From: Deinococcus radiodurans R1 = ATCC 13939 = DSM 20539 | GTDB lineage: Bacteria > Deinococcota > Deinococci > Deinococcales > Deinococcaceae | DNA: 32,000 nucleotides | Direction of reading: 5' to 3' | Assembly: GCF_000008565.1 (NCBI RefSeq) | Contig: NC_001263.1 | Coordinates: forward strand, 1,700,603-1,732,602 | Position numbers and translations under genes: made by a program | Part shown: positions 1 to 7,351 of the stretch, one piece after another | Position numbering within the stretch: position 1 is the first letter of the stretch | Layout of the letters: every line of letters begins with the position of its first letter | Notes under the pieces: generated by a model | The model's database searches: none | The model's input: the letters and a program-made list of their open reading frames with translations, nothing else | What the model was told of the DNA's origin: nothing

Positions 1-77
1 GCCCGCGCACCCGCGACCTCGGTGGCACCGCCGGCACGCAGGAATTTACCGAGGCCGTCATCAAGGCGCTGGCGTAA
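1..77 (+). CDS. 3' end of an isocitrate/isopropylmalate dehydrogenase-family gene (partial; start lies outside the window)
   Basis: Frame 3 reads PRTRDLGGTAGTQEFTEAVIKALA then TAA at 75-77. A DLGG...T.EFT.A.I tail is typical of beta-decarboxylating dehydrogenases. A terminator follows. Confidence 0.5.
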   Translation, partial: PRTRDLGGTAGTQEFTEAVIKALA

Positions 78-94
78 AGTAGCTTCTTCTCAAG

Positions 95-121
95 CTCCCG
101 CTCCGGCGGGGGTTTTGTTTT
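95..121 (+). terminator. Rho-independent terminator
   Basis: Stem CTCCCGC (95-101) pairs with GCGGGGG (106-112) including one G-U, loop TCCG, followed by TTTTGTTTT. Confidence 0.75.
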
Positions 122-127
122 ACTGGC

Positions 128-715
128 ATGATGGAACCCTTCCAAGTCATCATCGGTGCCGGCGAGCAGCGCTGGAACGGCTGGCAGCCGACGGAACGCG
201 CCGACCTCGACCTGACCGACCGCGCCAGCTTCGAGCGCTTTTTCGGGACGCGGCGGGCCGACGCTTTCCTGTGCGAACACGTCTGGGAACACCTCACCGA
301 GGCCGAGGGACGCGCCGCCGCCCGGCTGTGCTTCGAGTTTCTGAGGCCCGGCGGCTGGCTGAGATGCGCCGTACCTGACGCGAACTTTCCCGATGCTGAG
401 TATCAACGCACGGTGCAGGTCGGCGGCCCCGGCCCAACAGACCATCCCGCCGCCGACCACCGCATCGTCTATGACTTCCGGCTGCTGCGGGACGTGTTCG
501 AGAGTGCCGGATTCGAGGTGAAGTTGCTCGAATACTGCGACGAGCAGGGGCACTTCCACGCTGAGGACTGGGAGATAGAAAGTGGCCCGATTTACCGCTC
601 ACTGCGAATGGACCACCGCAACCGGGAGGGCAAGCTCGGCTTCGTGTCGCTGATCTTGGAGGCGCGGAAGCCGGGGGCAAAAGAGCCGGCAAAGGAAAAT
701 CCCGCTGAGAGCTAA
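128..715 (+). CDS. Predicted SAM-dependent methyltransferase (COG4627-like)
   Basis: 195-aa ORF. IIGAGEQRWNGW (degenerate motif I) and FLRPGGWLRCAVPD resemble the small predicted-MTase family. Third-position GC bias is coding-like. Confidence 0.65.
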   Translation: MMEPFQVIIGAGEQRWNGWQPTERADLDLTDRASFERFFGTRRADAFLCEHVWEHLTEAEGRAAARLCFEFLRPGGWLRCAVPDANFPDAEYQRTVQVGGPGPTDHPAADHRIVYDFRLLRDVFESAGFEVKLLEYCDEQGHFHAEDWEIESGPIYRSLRMDHRNREGKLGFVSLILEARKPGAKEPAKENPAES

Positions 716-737
716 GCACCTTCCTGTTTGATAAGTG

Positions 738-1655
738 TCACAACTCCAGCCCCTCCGGCGTCTTGCTCCCCGCCGGAATCGCCGTCACCAGCACCTCATA
801 TTTGCCGGTCACGAAGACCTTGAACCCGTACTTTTGCAATCGGCGCCGGGCGTCGGTCACATCGCTCATCAGTAGGCTGAGGTCAGGCCGAGCGAAGTTG
901 CGGACGCGAGCGCCGTAGCTCAGGGCGCCGTCACGGTACCGGGCATTGGGAAAGCCGAGGACCAGCCCGCCCCCCGGCGTCAGGTGGTGCCGGACGACAG
1001 CGGCGAGCAGCGCGTCGGTCTTCACCCCCGGACTTTGCAACAGGCTCAGCGCCAGCACGAGGTCGAAGTGGCCCAGCTCGGGCAGCGGCAGGGTAGTTAC
1101 GTCCAGCAGACGGAAGTCGCCCGCCGGATGCCGTTCGCGTGCCCGTTCTAAGGCCTGCGGCTCCAGGTCCACGCCGAGCACTGCAAAGTCCCGCCCTGGA
1201 AAAGCCAGCGCCAGCGCGTCGAGTTCGCGCCCACCATTGACGCCGAGGGCCAGCACCCGGCCCCCCGCCGGCGGACTGACCCGCCGCAGCGCCTCCACCA
1301 GCGTGAAGAGAAACACCGGGTCTTCGAGCTTGTCCACCCGCGCCCACTCGCCCGCGCCGTAGCCCTGCGCGTCGGGGTCGGCACGGTGAGCATGGGCCCG
1401 CAGCCGTACTCTCACGCGGCCTCCCGGCACCCGCTCGGGCGTCAGCAGATGCGCCCCCAGCAATTCGGCGAGGTCGGTCCAGGTCTGCCAAGGCCGGTGA
1501 ATCCCCGCCGCCGTCAGCTCTCCGGCGTACAGGCCCACGCCCAGGTCGGGGTCGGGCACGCTGAAGGTGACCTCGCCCGCCTCGGCCAGCGCGCGGCGCA
1601 CGGCGGGCAGCAAGGTACTGAGGGGCTCGGTGGTGAAATGCAGTTCGCCGGTCAC
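738..1655 (-). CDS. Class I SAM-dependent methyltransferase with an unassigned ~120-aa N-terminal domain
   Basis: 305 aa, GTG start 4 nt after the upstream stop. The C-terminal half has VLALGVNGGRELDALA, FDLVLALSLLQ and LTPGGGLVLGFPN (Rossmann MTase motifs). Confidence 0.7.
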   Translation of the reverse strand: MTGELHFTTEPLSTLLPAVRRALAEAGEVTFSVPDPDLGVGLYAGELTAAGIHRPWQTWTDLAELLGAHLLTPERVPGGRVRVRLRAHAHRADPDAQGYGAGEWARVDKLEDPVFLFTLVEALRRVSPPAGGRVLALGVNGGRELDALALAFPGRDFAVLGVDLEPQALERARERHPAGDFRLLDVTTLPLPELGHFDLVLALSLLQSPGVKTDALLAAVVRHHLTPGGGLVLGFPNARYRDGALSYGARVRNFARPDLSLLMSDVTDARRRLQKYGFKVFVTGKYEVLVTAIPAGSKTPEGLEL

Positions 1656-1659
1656 CGCG

Positions 1660-2094
1660 TCACAGGGGCAGCGGCCAGCCTTTTTGCTCGCCCTCGTCGA
1701 GAATGGCGCTTAATGCCGCCGGCAAGAGGCCGTAAGTCCGGCGAATCCGCTCGTGCAGCGCGTCAATGAGGGGTTGTTGCCGGGCCGCCTGCGCGTCAAT
1801 CCGGTCCATCACGGCGCAGGAGAGCGAGGCGGAACGGGCCGTCCTTGCCTGGCCTTTCGTCTCGGCGGCGAGCAGACGGGTCAAGCCGGTGTCTTGCGTC
1901 TGCTCGGCAATGGCGAGTTGCCCGCGCATCGCATGGGTCCAGACGGCGCGGCGCTGGGCTTCGGAGAGGCCGTAGTTGCGCGACGGTGTCACTGGAGCCT
2001 GCACCACCGGAGACTGGGCACGTGAAGAAGGCGTCGCGGCCAGCGCCGGAGCCCCCAGAGCCAGCGCGGTCAGCAGAGCCATTCGCTTGGACAT
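1660..2094 (-). CDS. Hypothetical secreted protein
   Basis: 144 aa from ATG 2094 (the ORF track extends to 2121). Signal-peptide-like MSKRMALLTALALGAPALAA. TACAGT box 7 nt upstream. Confidence 0.55.
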   Translation of the reverse strand: MSKRMALLTALALGAPALAATPSSRAQSPVVQAPVTPSRNYGLSEAQRRAVWTHAMRGQLAIAEQTQDTGLTRLLAAETKGQARTARSASLSCAVMDRIDAQAARQQPLIDALHERIRRTYGLLPAALSAILDEGEQKGWPLPL

Positions 2095-2101
2095 AAAGCC
2101 G

Positions 2102-2107
2102 ACTGTA
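2102..2107 (-). promoter_or_regulatory. -10 box TACAGT (leaderless-type)
   Basis: Minus-strand TACAGT lies 7 nt upstream of ATG 2094, with no SD. Confidence 0.4.
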
Positions 2108-2129
2108 GCGGACGGCCCCATGAAAAGGG

Positions 2130-2564
2130 TTATTCCGCCGGTATTCCGGCTTGATTGTCATAGCGGCGCAGGAACATCGCGTTCGCCCGTTTCAGGCCCA
2201 GCCGTTCGTAAAATGGCACTACATCGTCATCGCACGACAGGTCCACCATGTACAGATCCCCGAGTTCGGTCAGCACGCGCCGCATCAGCTCGGAGCCGAG
2301 GCCCAGGCTGCGCCACCCGGCCTGCACTTCCAGCAGCGGAATGGACGCCGCCAGAATCCCGTCGCTGAGGGCGTTGACGAAGCCGATGACCTGCCCGTCC
2401 GGGGTGCGGGCCAGCACGAACACCGCCGCCCGGTCCAGGATGCGCCACAGCGTTTCGGGCGTCGGGGGGTTGGGCCAGCCCTCAAAAAAGCCGCCGAGTT
2501 GCGCGGGGGTGACGCCTTCCAGCGTGGTCTGAAACTGGATATCGGCAAGGGAACGCTGCGTCAT
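2130..2564 (-). CDS. GNAT family N-acetyltransferase
   Basis: 144 aa from ATG 2564, which overlaps the upstream stop as ATGA (2564-2561). Acetyl-CoA motif-like QAGWRSLGLGSELMRRV and C-terminal FYERLGL. Confidence 0.75.
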   Translation of the reverse strand: MTQRSLADIQFQTTLEGVTPAQLGGFFEGWPNPPTPETLWRILDRAAVFVLARTPDGQVIGFVNALSDGILAASIPLLEVQAGWRSLGLGSELMRRVLTELGDLYMVDLSCDDDVVPFYERLGLKRANAMFLRRYDNQAGIPAE

Positions 2565-3310
2565 CGTGAACCTCCTGAAACAGGCCGTAAGGTTGCCGTC
2601 CACGTCATGCACTCGGCCAGGGCCGCCTGCGGGTGCCACACGCCCGCGTCGGGGTCGTAGCGTCCGCCCGGACGCACGGCGGCGAGGGTCAGTCCGGTGC
2701 CTTCCAGCAGCAGGCGCAGGTCGGTGGGGGCGTAGCAGCGCAGGCTCTGGGTGCGGGCATCGCCGTTCGCGGCGGCGTAGGTGTCGGTCAGGCGGGCGCC
2801 GTCCGCGTCGTAGCCGTAGGTCTGGACGTACTCCGGGGTTTGCCGCGTAAAGCCGGCGTGCTGTTGCCAGTAGCCCGGCATGTAGACCTCAATCAGCGCA
2901 TGTCCACCGGGTGCGAGCCAGTCGGGAAGCCGCCGCAGCAGGCGACGCTGCTCGTCGTCGGGGCCGATGCCGAAGCCATCCCAGTAACAGATCACGTCGA
3001 AGGGACCGCCGGGGTCCGCCGCATAGAAATCTCCGGTGAGCGTCCGCAGCGTCACGCCGTGCTGCGCGGCGAGGGCCTGAGCGCAGGCGCTGCCCTGCTC
3101 GCGGTACTCCAGCGCGGTCACGTCGAAGCCTTGCAAGGCCGCCGCCACTGCAAACTGCCCGCCACCGGAGCCGAGTTCCAGCAGACGCACGCCGGGCGCG
3201 TCACGGCGCACCTCGGCGGCCCGCTCGTGGTGAAAGGGGTGAACCGGGTCGGCGTAACAGCCGGTCAGGGCATCCTGAAAATCGTAAAAACTGTAGGCCC
3301 AGTGGGTCAT
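2561..3310 (-). CDS. Class I SAM-dependent methyltransferase
   Basis: 249 aa. Motif I VRLLELGSGGGQFAVAAA, then FDVICYWDGFG and LAPGGHALIEV. GGAGG SD 4 nt upstream of ATG 3310. Confidence 0.8.
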   Translation of the reverse strand: MTHWAYSFYDFQDALTGCYADPVHPFHHERAAEVRRDAPGVRLLELGSGGGQFAVAAALQGFDVTALEYREQGSACAQALAAQHGVTLRTLTGDFYAADPGGPFDVICYWDGFGIGPDDEQRRLLRRLPDWLAPGGHALIEVYMPGYWQQHAGFTRQTPEYVQTYGYDADGARLTDTYAAANGDARTQSLRCYAPTDLRLLLEGTGLTLAAVRPGGRYDPDAGVWHPQAALAECMTWTATLRPVSGGSR

Positions 3311-3314
3311 GGCG

Positions 3315-3373
3315 CCTCCTTCAGACAGGGGAACGGTCCCGCCGATAGGGGCGGGCGTCGGGTCGTCTGAAGG
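3315..3373 (-). promoter_or_regulatory. Nested leader hairpin partly occluding the SD of the 2561-3310 methyltransferase gene
   Basis: Minus-strand RNA: CCUUCAGAC (3373-3365) pairs with GUCUGAAGG (3326-3318), 9 bp. It encloses CCCGCC/GGCGGG (3338-3343 / 3350-3355). The 3' arm runs into GAAGGAGG (SD at 3315-3319). Confidence 0.4.
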
Positions 3374-3469
3374 GGTCAGCGCAATCTCAAGGGGAGTCCT
3401 CCGGGAAGTGGAGGCAGTTTATAGCGGGGTAGGAGGAAGGGGGGCGTGGGCCGAATGGCTTAGAAAAGA

Positions 3470-3524
3470 CCCCTCACCCCTTGCTGCGCAGCTTTGCAAG
3501 TCTCCCTTTGGTAGAGGGTCAAAA
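3470..3524 (+). repeat. Solo copy of the CCCCTCACCCC...AGAGGGTCAAAA repeat module
   Basis: The same ends and two-hairpin layout as 17771-17826. Hairpins CTTGC/GCAAG and CCCTTT/AGAGGG. Confidence 0.6.
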
Positions 3525-3531
3525 CCTACTC

Positions 3532-4500
3532 TCAATACCCCCGGTGCTTCACCACCGCGCCCTGTCCTTCCAGCCACTCGGTCACCGCGCCCACCGCTGC
3601 CTTCACGCCCGGCGTGATGATGGGGCCACCGAATTTGGCGAGTCGGACGAGGTGCGTGCCGTCCTCGCGTTCGGTGATGCCGACGAGGACTTCTTGCGTG
3701 AGGTCGCCTTCCACCACGTGGGCCAGCGCCACCCAGCCGCCGCGCCGCAGCGTCGCGTAAAGGTCGAGTAGCACCACCGTCCAGGTCTTGCCACGGACGG
3801 TGAGTTTGTCGAAGTGCTGGGGTGAAAAGTCGGCGGGCAGGGTCAGGACAGCGTGGGGCACGGCGGGGTCTTCCTCCGAGTAAGGGGCAAAAGTGCCGTT
3901 GGGCACAGGATCGTGACGGGTGGGCACGAAGCGGGCGTGGTTGACGCCCAGGCCGAGGTCGCGCCACTTCTGGGCGTACTTGGTTTCCAGGGCGGCGGGC
4001 GGCGGCCCCACGCGTTCCACCCGCATGACGCCGCTGGCCTCGGCCTGGGCGCAGGCAAACTCGAAATATTCGTCGTGGTCGGTGGTCAGCAACGCGGCAC
4101 CGCCGGGTTTCAGGCGACTGGCGGCCACCTGAAAAAATGGCACGCGCAGCAGGCGGTGGTCCTCGTGCCCGGCTTTGGGCCAGGGGTCGGGAAAGTTGAC
4201 GATGATGGCGTCCAAGCTGCCGTGCGGAATCACCTGCGCGACCAGCACCTCGGCGGGCAGCTTGGTCAACACGGCGTTGGTCAGGCCCGCGTCCTTCAGC
4301 CGGCGGTGCGCCTTGAGTAGCGACACCCCGCTAATTTCCACGCCCAGATAATTCGGCGGCTCGGGGAAAGTCCGGGCGTAGTGCGGCCAGAAGCGCCCGT
4401 CCCCGAAGCCGATTTCCAGCACCCAGGGCCGGTCCGGAGTATCCGGGTAGAGGCGGGCAGGGTCGTCGGGAAAGCGGAAGTCTCCGAGGCGAAAAATCAT
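3532..4500 (-). CDS. trmB: tRNA (guanine46-N7)-methyltransferase TrmB, long form with a ~125-aa C-terminal extension
   Basis: 322 aa from ATG 4500 (the ORF track extends to 4722). WVLEIGFGDGRF, LGVEISG, IIVNFPDPWPK.H..HRL and ETKYAQKW are TrmB hallmarks. ATGA overlap with the upstream gene. Confidence 0.9.
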   Translation of the reverse strand: MIFRLGDFRFPDDPARLYPDTPDRPWVLEIGFGDGRFWPHYARTFPEPPNYLGVEISGVSLLKAHRRLKDAGLTNAVLTKLPAEVLVAQVIPHGSLDAIIVNFPDPWPKAGHEDHRLLRVPFFQVAASRLKPGGAALLTTDHDEYFEFACAQAEASGVMRVERVGPPPAALETKYAQKWRDLGLGVNHARFVPTRHDPVPNGTFAPYSEEDPAVPHAVLTLPADFSPQHFDKLTVRGKTWTVVLLDLYATLRRGGWVALAHVVEGDLTQEVLVGITEREDGTHLVRLAKFGGPIITPGVKAAVGAVTEWLEGQGAVVKHRGY

Positions 4501-5276
4501 GCGTCGGCCTCCTGCATTAGTTCCTCGGCCAGTCGCGCCGCGTCCCGCAGCACCGAGGCGTAGGTGTGGTCGCCGGGCGTGCAGCGGCCCAGCATCCTCA
4601 CCCGCTCCAGCCGGTTGACGCGGAAGCCGTCGAGTTCCGAGGGCGCGGGCGTCAGGAAACGCACGTCGTAGTCGGGGGCGCCCTCCACGCCGTGCGCGGT
4701 CTGCTCGGCGCCGACCAGCCACACGCCGCTGAGAAGCAGGTCGTCGGCCAGAAAATCGTAAGCGACCTCGGACAGCCGGCCCGCGTCCTCCATCGTGTCG
4801 CCAATCAGGAGGCGGCCTTTCAGAAACGACCCCACCGCCAGCACCACCGTCCGGGCGTGGAGCTGGGGACCTTCCCAGGTGGAGAGGACGACCTGCGTCT
4901 CTTCTTCATCCAGCGCCGTCACGCAGCTTTGCAGCAGGTGAATGCCGCTGGTCGCCTCGATTTCGGCCTTGAGCAGCCGGTGAAAAGTCCAGCCGTCCAC
5001 GTCGGGGGCCATCCCCGCCGCGACCTGCGCGAACACGCTGCCGGGCGGAAAATCGGCGCCGGCAACGGTGGGCTGGTAGAGGTTGCCGAGCGAGTCGAGC
5101 GCCTGCGACACCAGCAGCACGTCCTGACCCGCGCGGGCCAGTCGCCAGGCGAGTTCGGTGCCGCTCACGCCCGCGCCGACCACTGCCACGTCGTACAGAT
5201 GCCCAGGCTGCGGCTGGCTGCGGGGCGAGGAAGGGCCAAAAATGGGAGGGCCGGAAGAAATAGGGTCCGGGGGCAC
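4497..5276 (-). CDS. Small-form GidA/MnmG-like FAD-dependent oxidoreductase
   Basis: YDVAVVGAGVSGTELAWRLARAG dinucleotide fold. VVLAVGSFLKGRLLIGD...GRLSE parallels the MnmG N-terminal domain. The GTG 5276 start is chosen because TACACT lies 6 nt upstream; the ORF track allows GTG 5411. Confidence 0.75.
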   Translation of the reverse strand: MPPDPISSGPPIFGPSSPRSQPQPGHLYDVAVVGAGVSGTELAWRLARAGQDVLLVSQALDSLGNLYQPTVAGADFPPGSVFAQVAAGMAPDVDGWTFHRLLKAEIEATSGIHLLQSCVTALDEEETQVVLSTWEGPQLHARTVVLAVGSFLKGRLLIGDTMEDAGRLSEVAYDFLADDLLLSGVWLVGAEQTAHGVEGAPDYDVRFLTPAPSELDGFRVNRLERVRMLGRCTPGDHTYASVLRDAARLAEELMQEADA

Positions 5277-5282
5277 CGGGCA

Positions 5283-5288
5283 AGTGTA
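5283..5288 (-). promoter_or_regulatory. -10 box TACACT (leaderless-type)
   Basis: Minus-strand TACACT lies 6 nt upstream of GTG 5276. Confidence 0.4.
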
Positions 5289-5326
5289 GTGGAGTTGCGG
5301 GAAAGGGGCGAGGGGGGGCGGCGGCG

Positions 5327-5332
5327 CATACT
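5327..5332 (+). promoter_or_regulatory. Weak -10-like box CATACT
   Basis: 9 nt upstream of ATG 5342. Only A2 and T6 of the hexamer are kept. Confidence 0.25.
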
Positions 5333-5341
5333 GCGGGCCAG

Positions 5342-5671
5342 ATGACTGCTCCAGACGAGGCCCCCACCACCGACCAGCCGGCTCCCAGCCCTGCGCCCCG
5401 CCGCAGCCCACGCCGGGAGAACCAGCCCGACTGGACTCGCCTGCTGCTGGCCCTCATCAGTTTGCTGCTGCTCCTCAGCCTGCTGTTTCAGCTCACGCAC
5501 CGGCCCAAATACGAGTATTTGGTGTCTTCGCCCGACGACCTGAAATTCACCGAGGAAATCAGCACGTTGGGCGCGCAGGGCTGGAAAATTGACACCTGCC
5601 GCCGCGCCACCAACAGTGCGGGCGGGGCGAGTTACGAGTGCATCCTGTCGCGGCCCAAGCTGGGGTGGTAA
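5342..5671 (+). CDS. Membrane-anchored hypothetical protein (DUF4177-like C-terminal domain?)
   Basis: 109 aa. Pro-rich N-terminus, one TM helix LLLALISLLLLLSLLF, then YEYLV...GAQGWKI...YECILSR. Confidence 0.55.
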   Translation: MTAPDEAPTTDQPAPSPAPRRSPRRENQPDWTRLLLALISLLLLLSLLFQLTHRPKYEYLVSSPDDLKFTEEISTLGAQGWKIDTCRRATNSAGGASYECILSRPKLGW

Positions 5672-5683
5672 GGCGGGCGGCCC

Positions 5684-6283
5684 TCAGCCCTGCTCTCGCG
5701 CCGCCATGCGCTCGCCGGTGGCCCGCTCCTCGGCGCGCTCACTGTCAAGGAGGGCTTGGGCAACGTTGTGGCGGTCCTGGGACGACTTGTTCTGGCTCAG
5801 CTTGTCCTTGCCTTCCAGCCGCGTCACGGCGATTTCGAAAGTGACCACGCCCGCCAGCATCCGCCGCTCAAAATCGGCGGGAATGGCCGCCATACCGGGC
5901 GTAAAGCGTTCGACCAACCCGGAGGCGATGGCGCGGGTCTGCTCGCCCTCCACCACCCGCGCCTGCCCGTAGGCGTGCACCACCGAGTAGTTCCAGGTGG
6001 GCACGTTGGGCGCGGAGGCGTACCACGCCGGGTCAATCAAGGCGTGCGGCCCCTGAAAGATGACCAGCACGTCCTGCGGCCCGAAGTGCTGCCACTGCTT
6101 GTTGGCGCGGGCGAGGTGGGAGCGCAGGTAAAGCGTCCCGCCTTCCTGCTGCACCAGCACCGGCAAATGGGTGGCGAAGGGCACCCCGCCTGGCGCAGTG
6201 ACCAGCGTGGCAAAGGCGTGCTCGTGCATGAAGGCGAGCAACTGGTCATGGTCCTCGGCGCGGAAGTGGGCGGGCAGATACAT
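5684..6283 (-). CDS. PaiB-family FMN-binding negative transcriptional regulator
   Basis: 199 aa from ATG 6283. MYLPAHFRAEDHDQLLAFMHEHAFATLVT is the characteristic PaiB N-terminus. TACAGT lies 6 nt upstream. Confidence 0.8.
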   Translation of the reverse strand: MYLPAHFRAEDHDQLLAFMHEHAFATLVTAPGGVPFATHLPVLVQQEGGTLYLRSHLARANKQWQHFGPQDVLVIFQGPHALIDPAWYASAPNVPTWNYSVVHAYGQARVVEGEQTRAIASGLVERFTPGMAAIPADFERRMLAGVVTFEIAVTRLEGKDKLSQNKSSQDRHNVAQALLDSERAEERATGERMAAREQG

Positions 6284-6289
6284 GGCGGC

Positions 6290-6295
6290 ACTGTA
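6290..6295 (-). promoter_or_regulatory. -10 box TACAGT (leaderless-type)
   Basis: 6 nt upstream of ATG 6283 on the minus strand. Confidence 0.4.
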
Positions 6296-6386
6296 GCGGC
6301 GCACCGGCCCGGCAGCCAGAGCCGCTTTTAAGCCGGTTGAGAGGGCCACTTGAGGGGTGACCTGTTCTCAGAACGCCACTTTCCTC

Positions 6387-6392
6387 TACCCT
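6387..6392 (+). promoter_or_regulatory. -10 box TACCCT (leaderless-type)
   Basis: 8 nt upstream of ATG 6401. Confidence 0.4.
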
Positions 6393-6400
6393 GGCCGCAG

Positions 6401-7315
6401 ATGTCCGGCACCCCGACCTCCACCCTCAACAGCGGCTACGCCTACCGCACGACCCTGCAACGCGGCGGGCAGCGCGTGCTGGACTTTCTGGCGCAGGAGT
6501 TCCGGCACTCCGACCGGGCGACGTGGGCCGCGCGGCTGGCGGCGGGCGAAGTGACGGTGGACGGCCTGACCGTGCGCGGCGACGAGACACTGCGGCCTGG
6601 GCAAATGCTGGTCTGGCAGCGCCCGCCCTGGGCCGAACCCGACGCGCCGCTGCACTTCGACGTGATTTATGAGGACGCCGACCTACTCGCCGTGTCCAAG
6701 CCCTCGGGCCTGCCCACCATGCCGGGAGGTGGCTTTCTGGAGCACACGCTGCTGCATCAGGTGCGCGGGCGCTGGCCGGACGCTTCGCCACTGCACCGGC
6801 TGGGGCGCGGCACCTCGGGGCTGGTGCTGTTTTCGCTGACCTCGCAAGCAGGCGCGGCGTTGCTGAAGGACTGGCGGGCAGGCCGCGTGCAGAAGGTCTA
6901 CCGGGCGCTGAGCGCAGGAGTAGCCGAGCAGGACGAATACGACATCACCGTACCCATCGGCCCGGTGGCGCATCCCCGGCTGGGGCAGGTCTTTGCGGCC
7001 AGCACGGCGGGCAAAACGGCTCACTCGCGGGCACGGGTGCTGGAGCGGCGGGAGGACACCACCTTATTTGAGGTCGAAATTTTCACCGGGCGGCCCCACC
7101 AGATTCGCATTCACCTCGCCTCGCTGGGGCTGCCGCTGGCGGTCGACCCGCTGTACGTCAGCGGCGGCCTTCCCCGCCCCGACGCGCTGCCGGGCGACCT
7201 GGGGTACGCGCTGCACGCCTCGACTCTGACCTTTCAGCATCCGGCACACGGCGCGGCGCTGACCCTGAGTGCGCCCGCGCCCACGCTCCTGTCTTGCCAG
7301 GTGACAGACAGCTGA
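6401..7315 (+). CDS. RluA-family pseudouridine synthase homolog with Gly in place of the catalytic Asp
   Basis: 304 aa from ATG 6401. Contains an S4-like N-terminus, KVYRALSAG and [14 protein letters not shown]. Motif II reads HRLGRGTSG (codons ctg cac cgg ctg ggg cgc ggc acc tcg ggg, 6791-6820). Confidence 0.85.
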   Translation: MSGTPTSTLNSGYAYRTTLQRGGQRVLDFLAQEFRHSDRATWAARLAAGEVTVDGLTVRGDETLRPGQMLVWQRPPWAEPDAPLHFDVIYEDADLLAVSKPSGLPTMPGGGFLEHTLLHQVRGRWPDASPLHRLGRGTSGLVLFSLTSQAGAALLKDWRAGRVQKVYRALSAGVAEQDEYDITVPIGPVAHPRLGQVFAASTAGKTAHSRARVLERREDTTLFEVEIFTGRPHQIRIHLASLGLPLAVDPLYVSGGLPRPDALPGDLGYALHASTLTFQHPAHGAALTLSAPAPTLLSCQVTDS

Positions 7316-7337
7316 CACGGGCGTGCAGGGCCTCTGT

Positions 7338-7343
7338 TACGCT
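7338..7343 (+). promoter_or_regulatory. -10 box TACGCT (leaderless-type)
   Basis: 8 nt upstream of ATG 7352. Confidence 0.35.
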
Positions 7344-7351
7344 GGGTCAGT

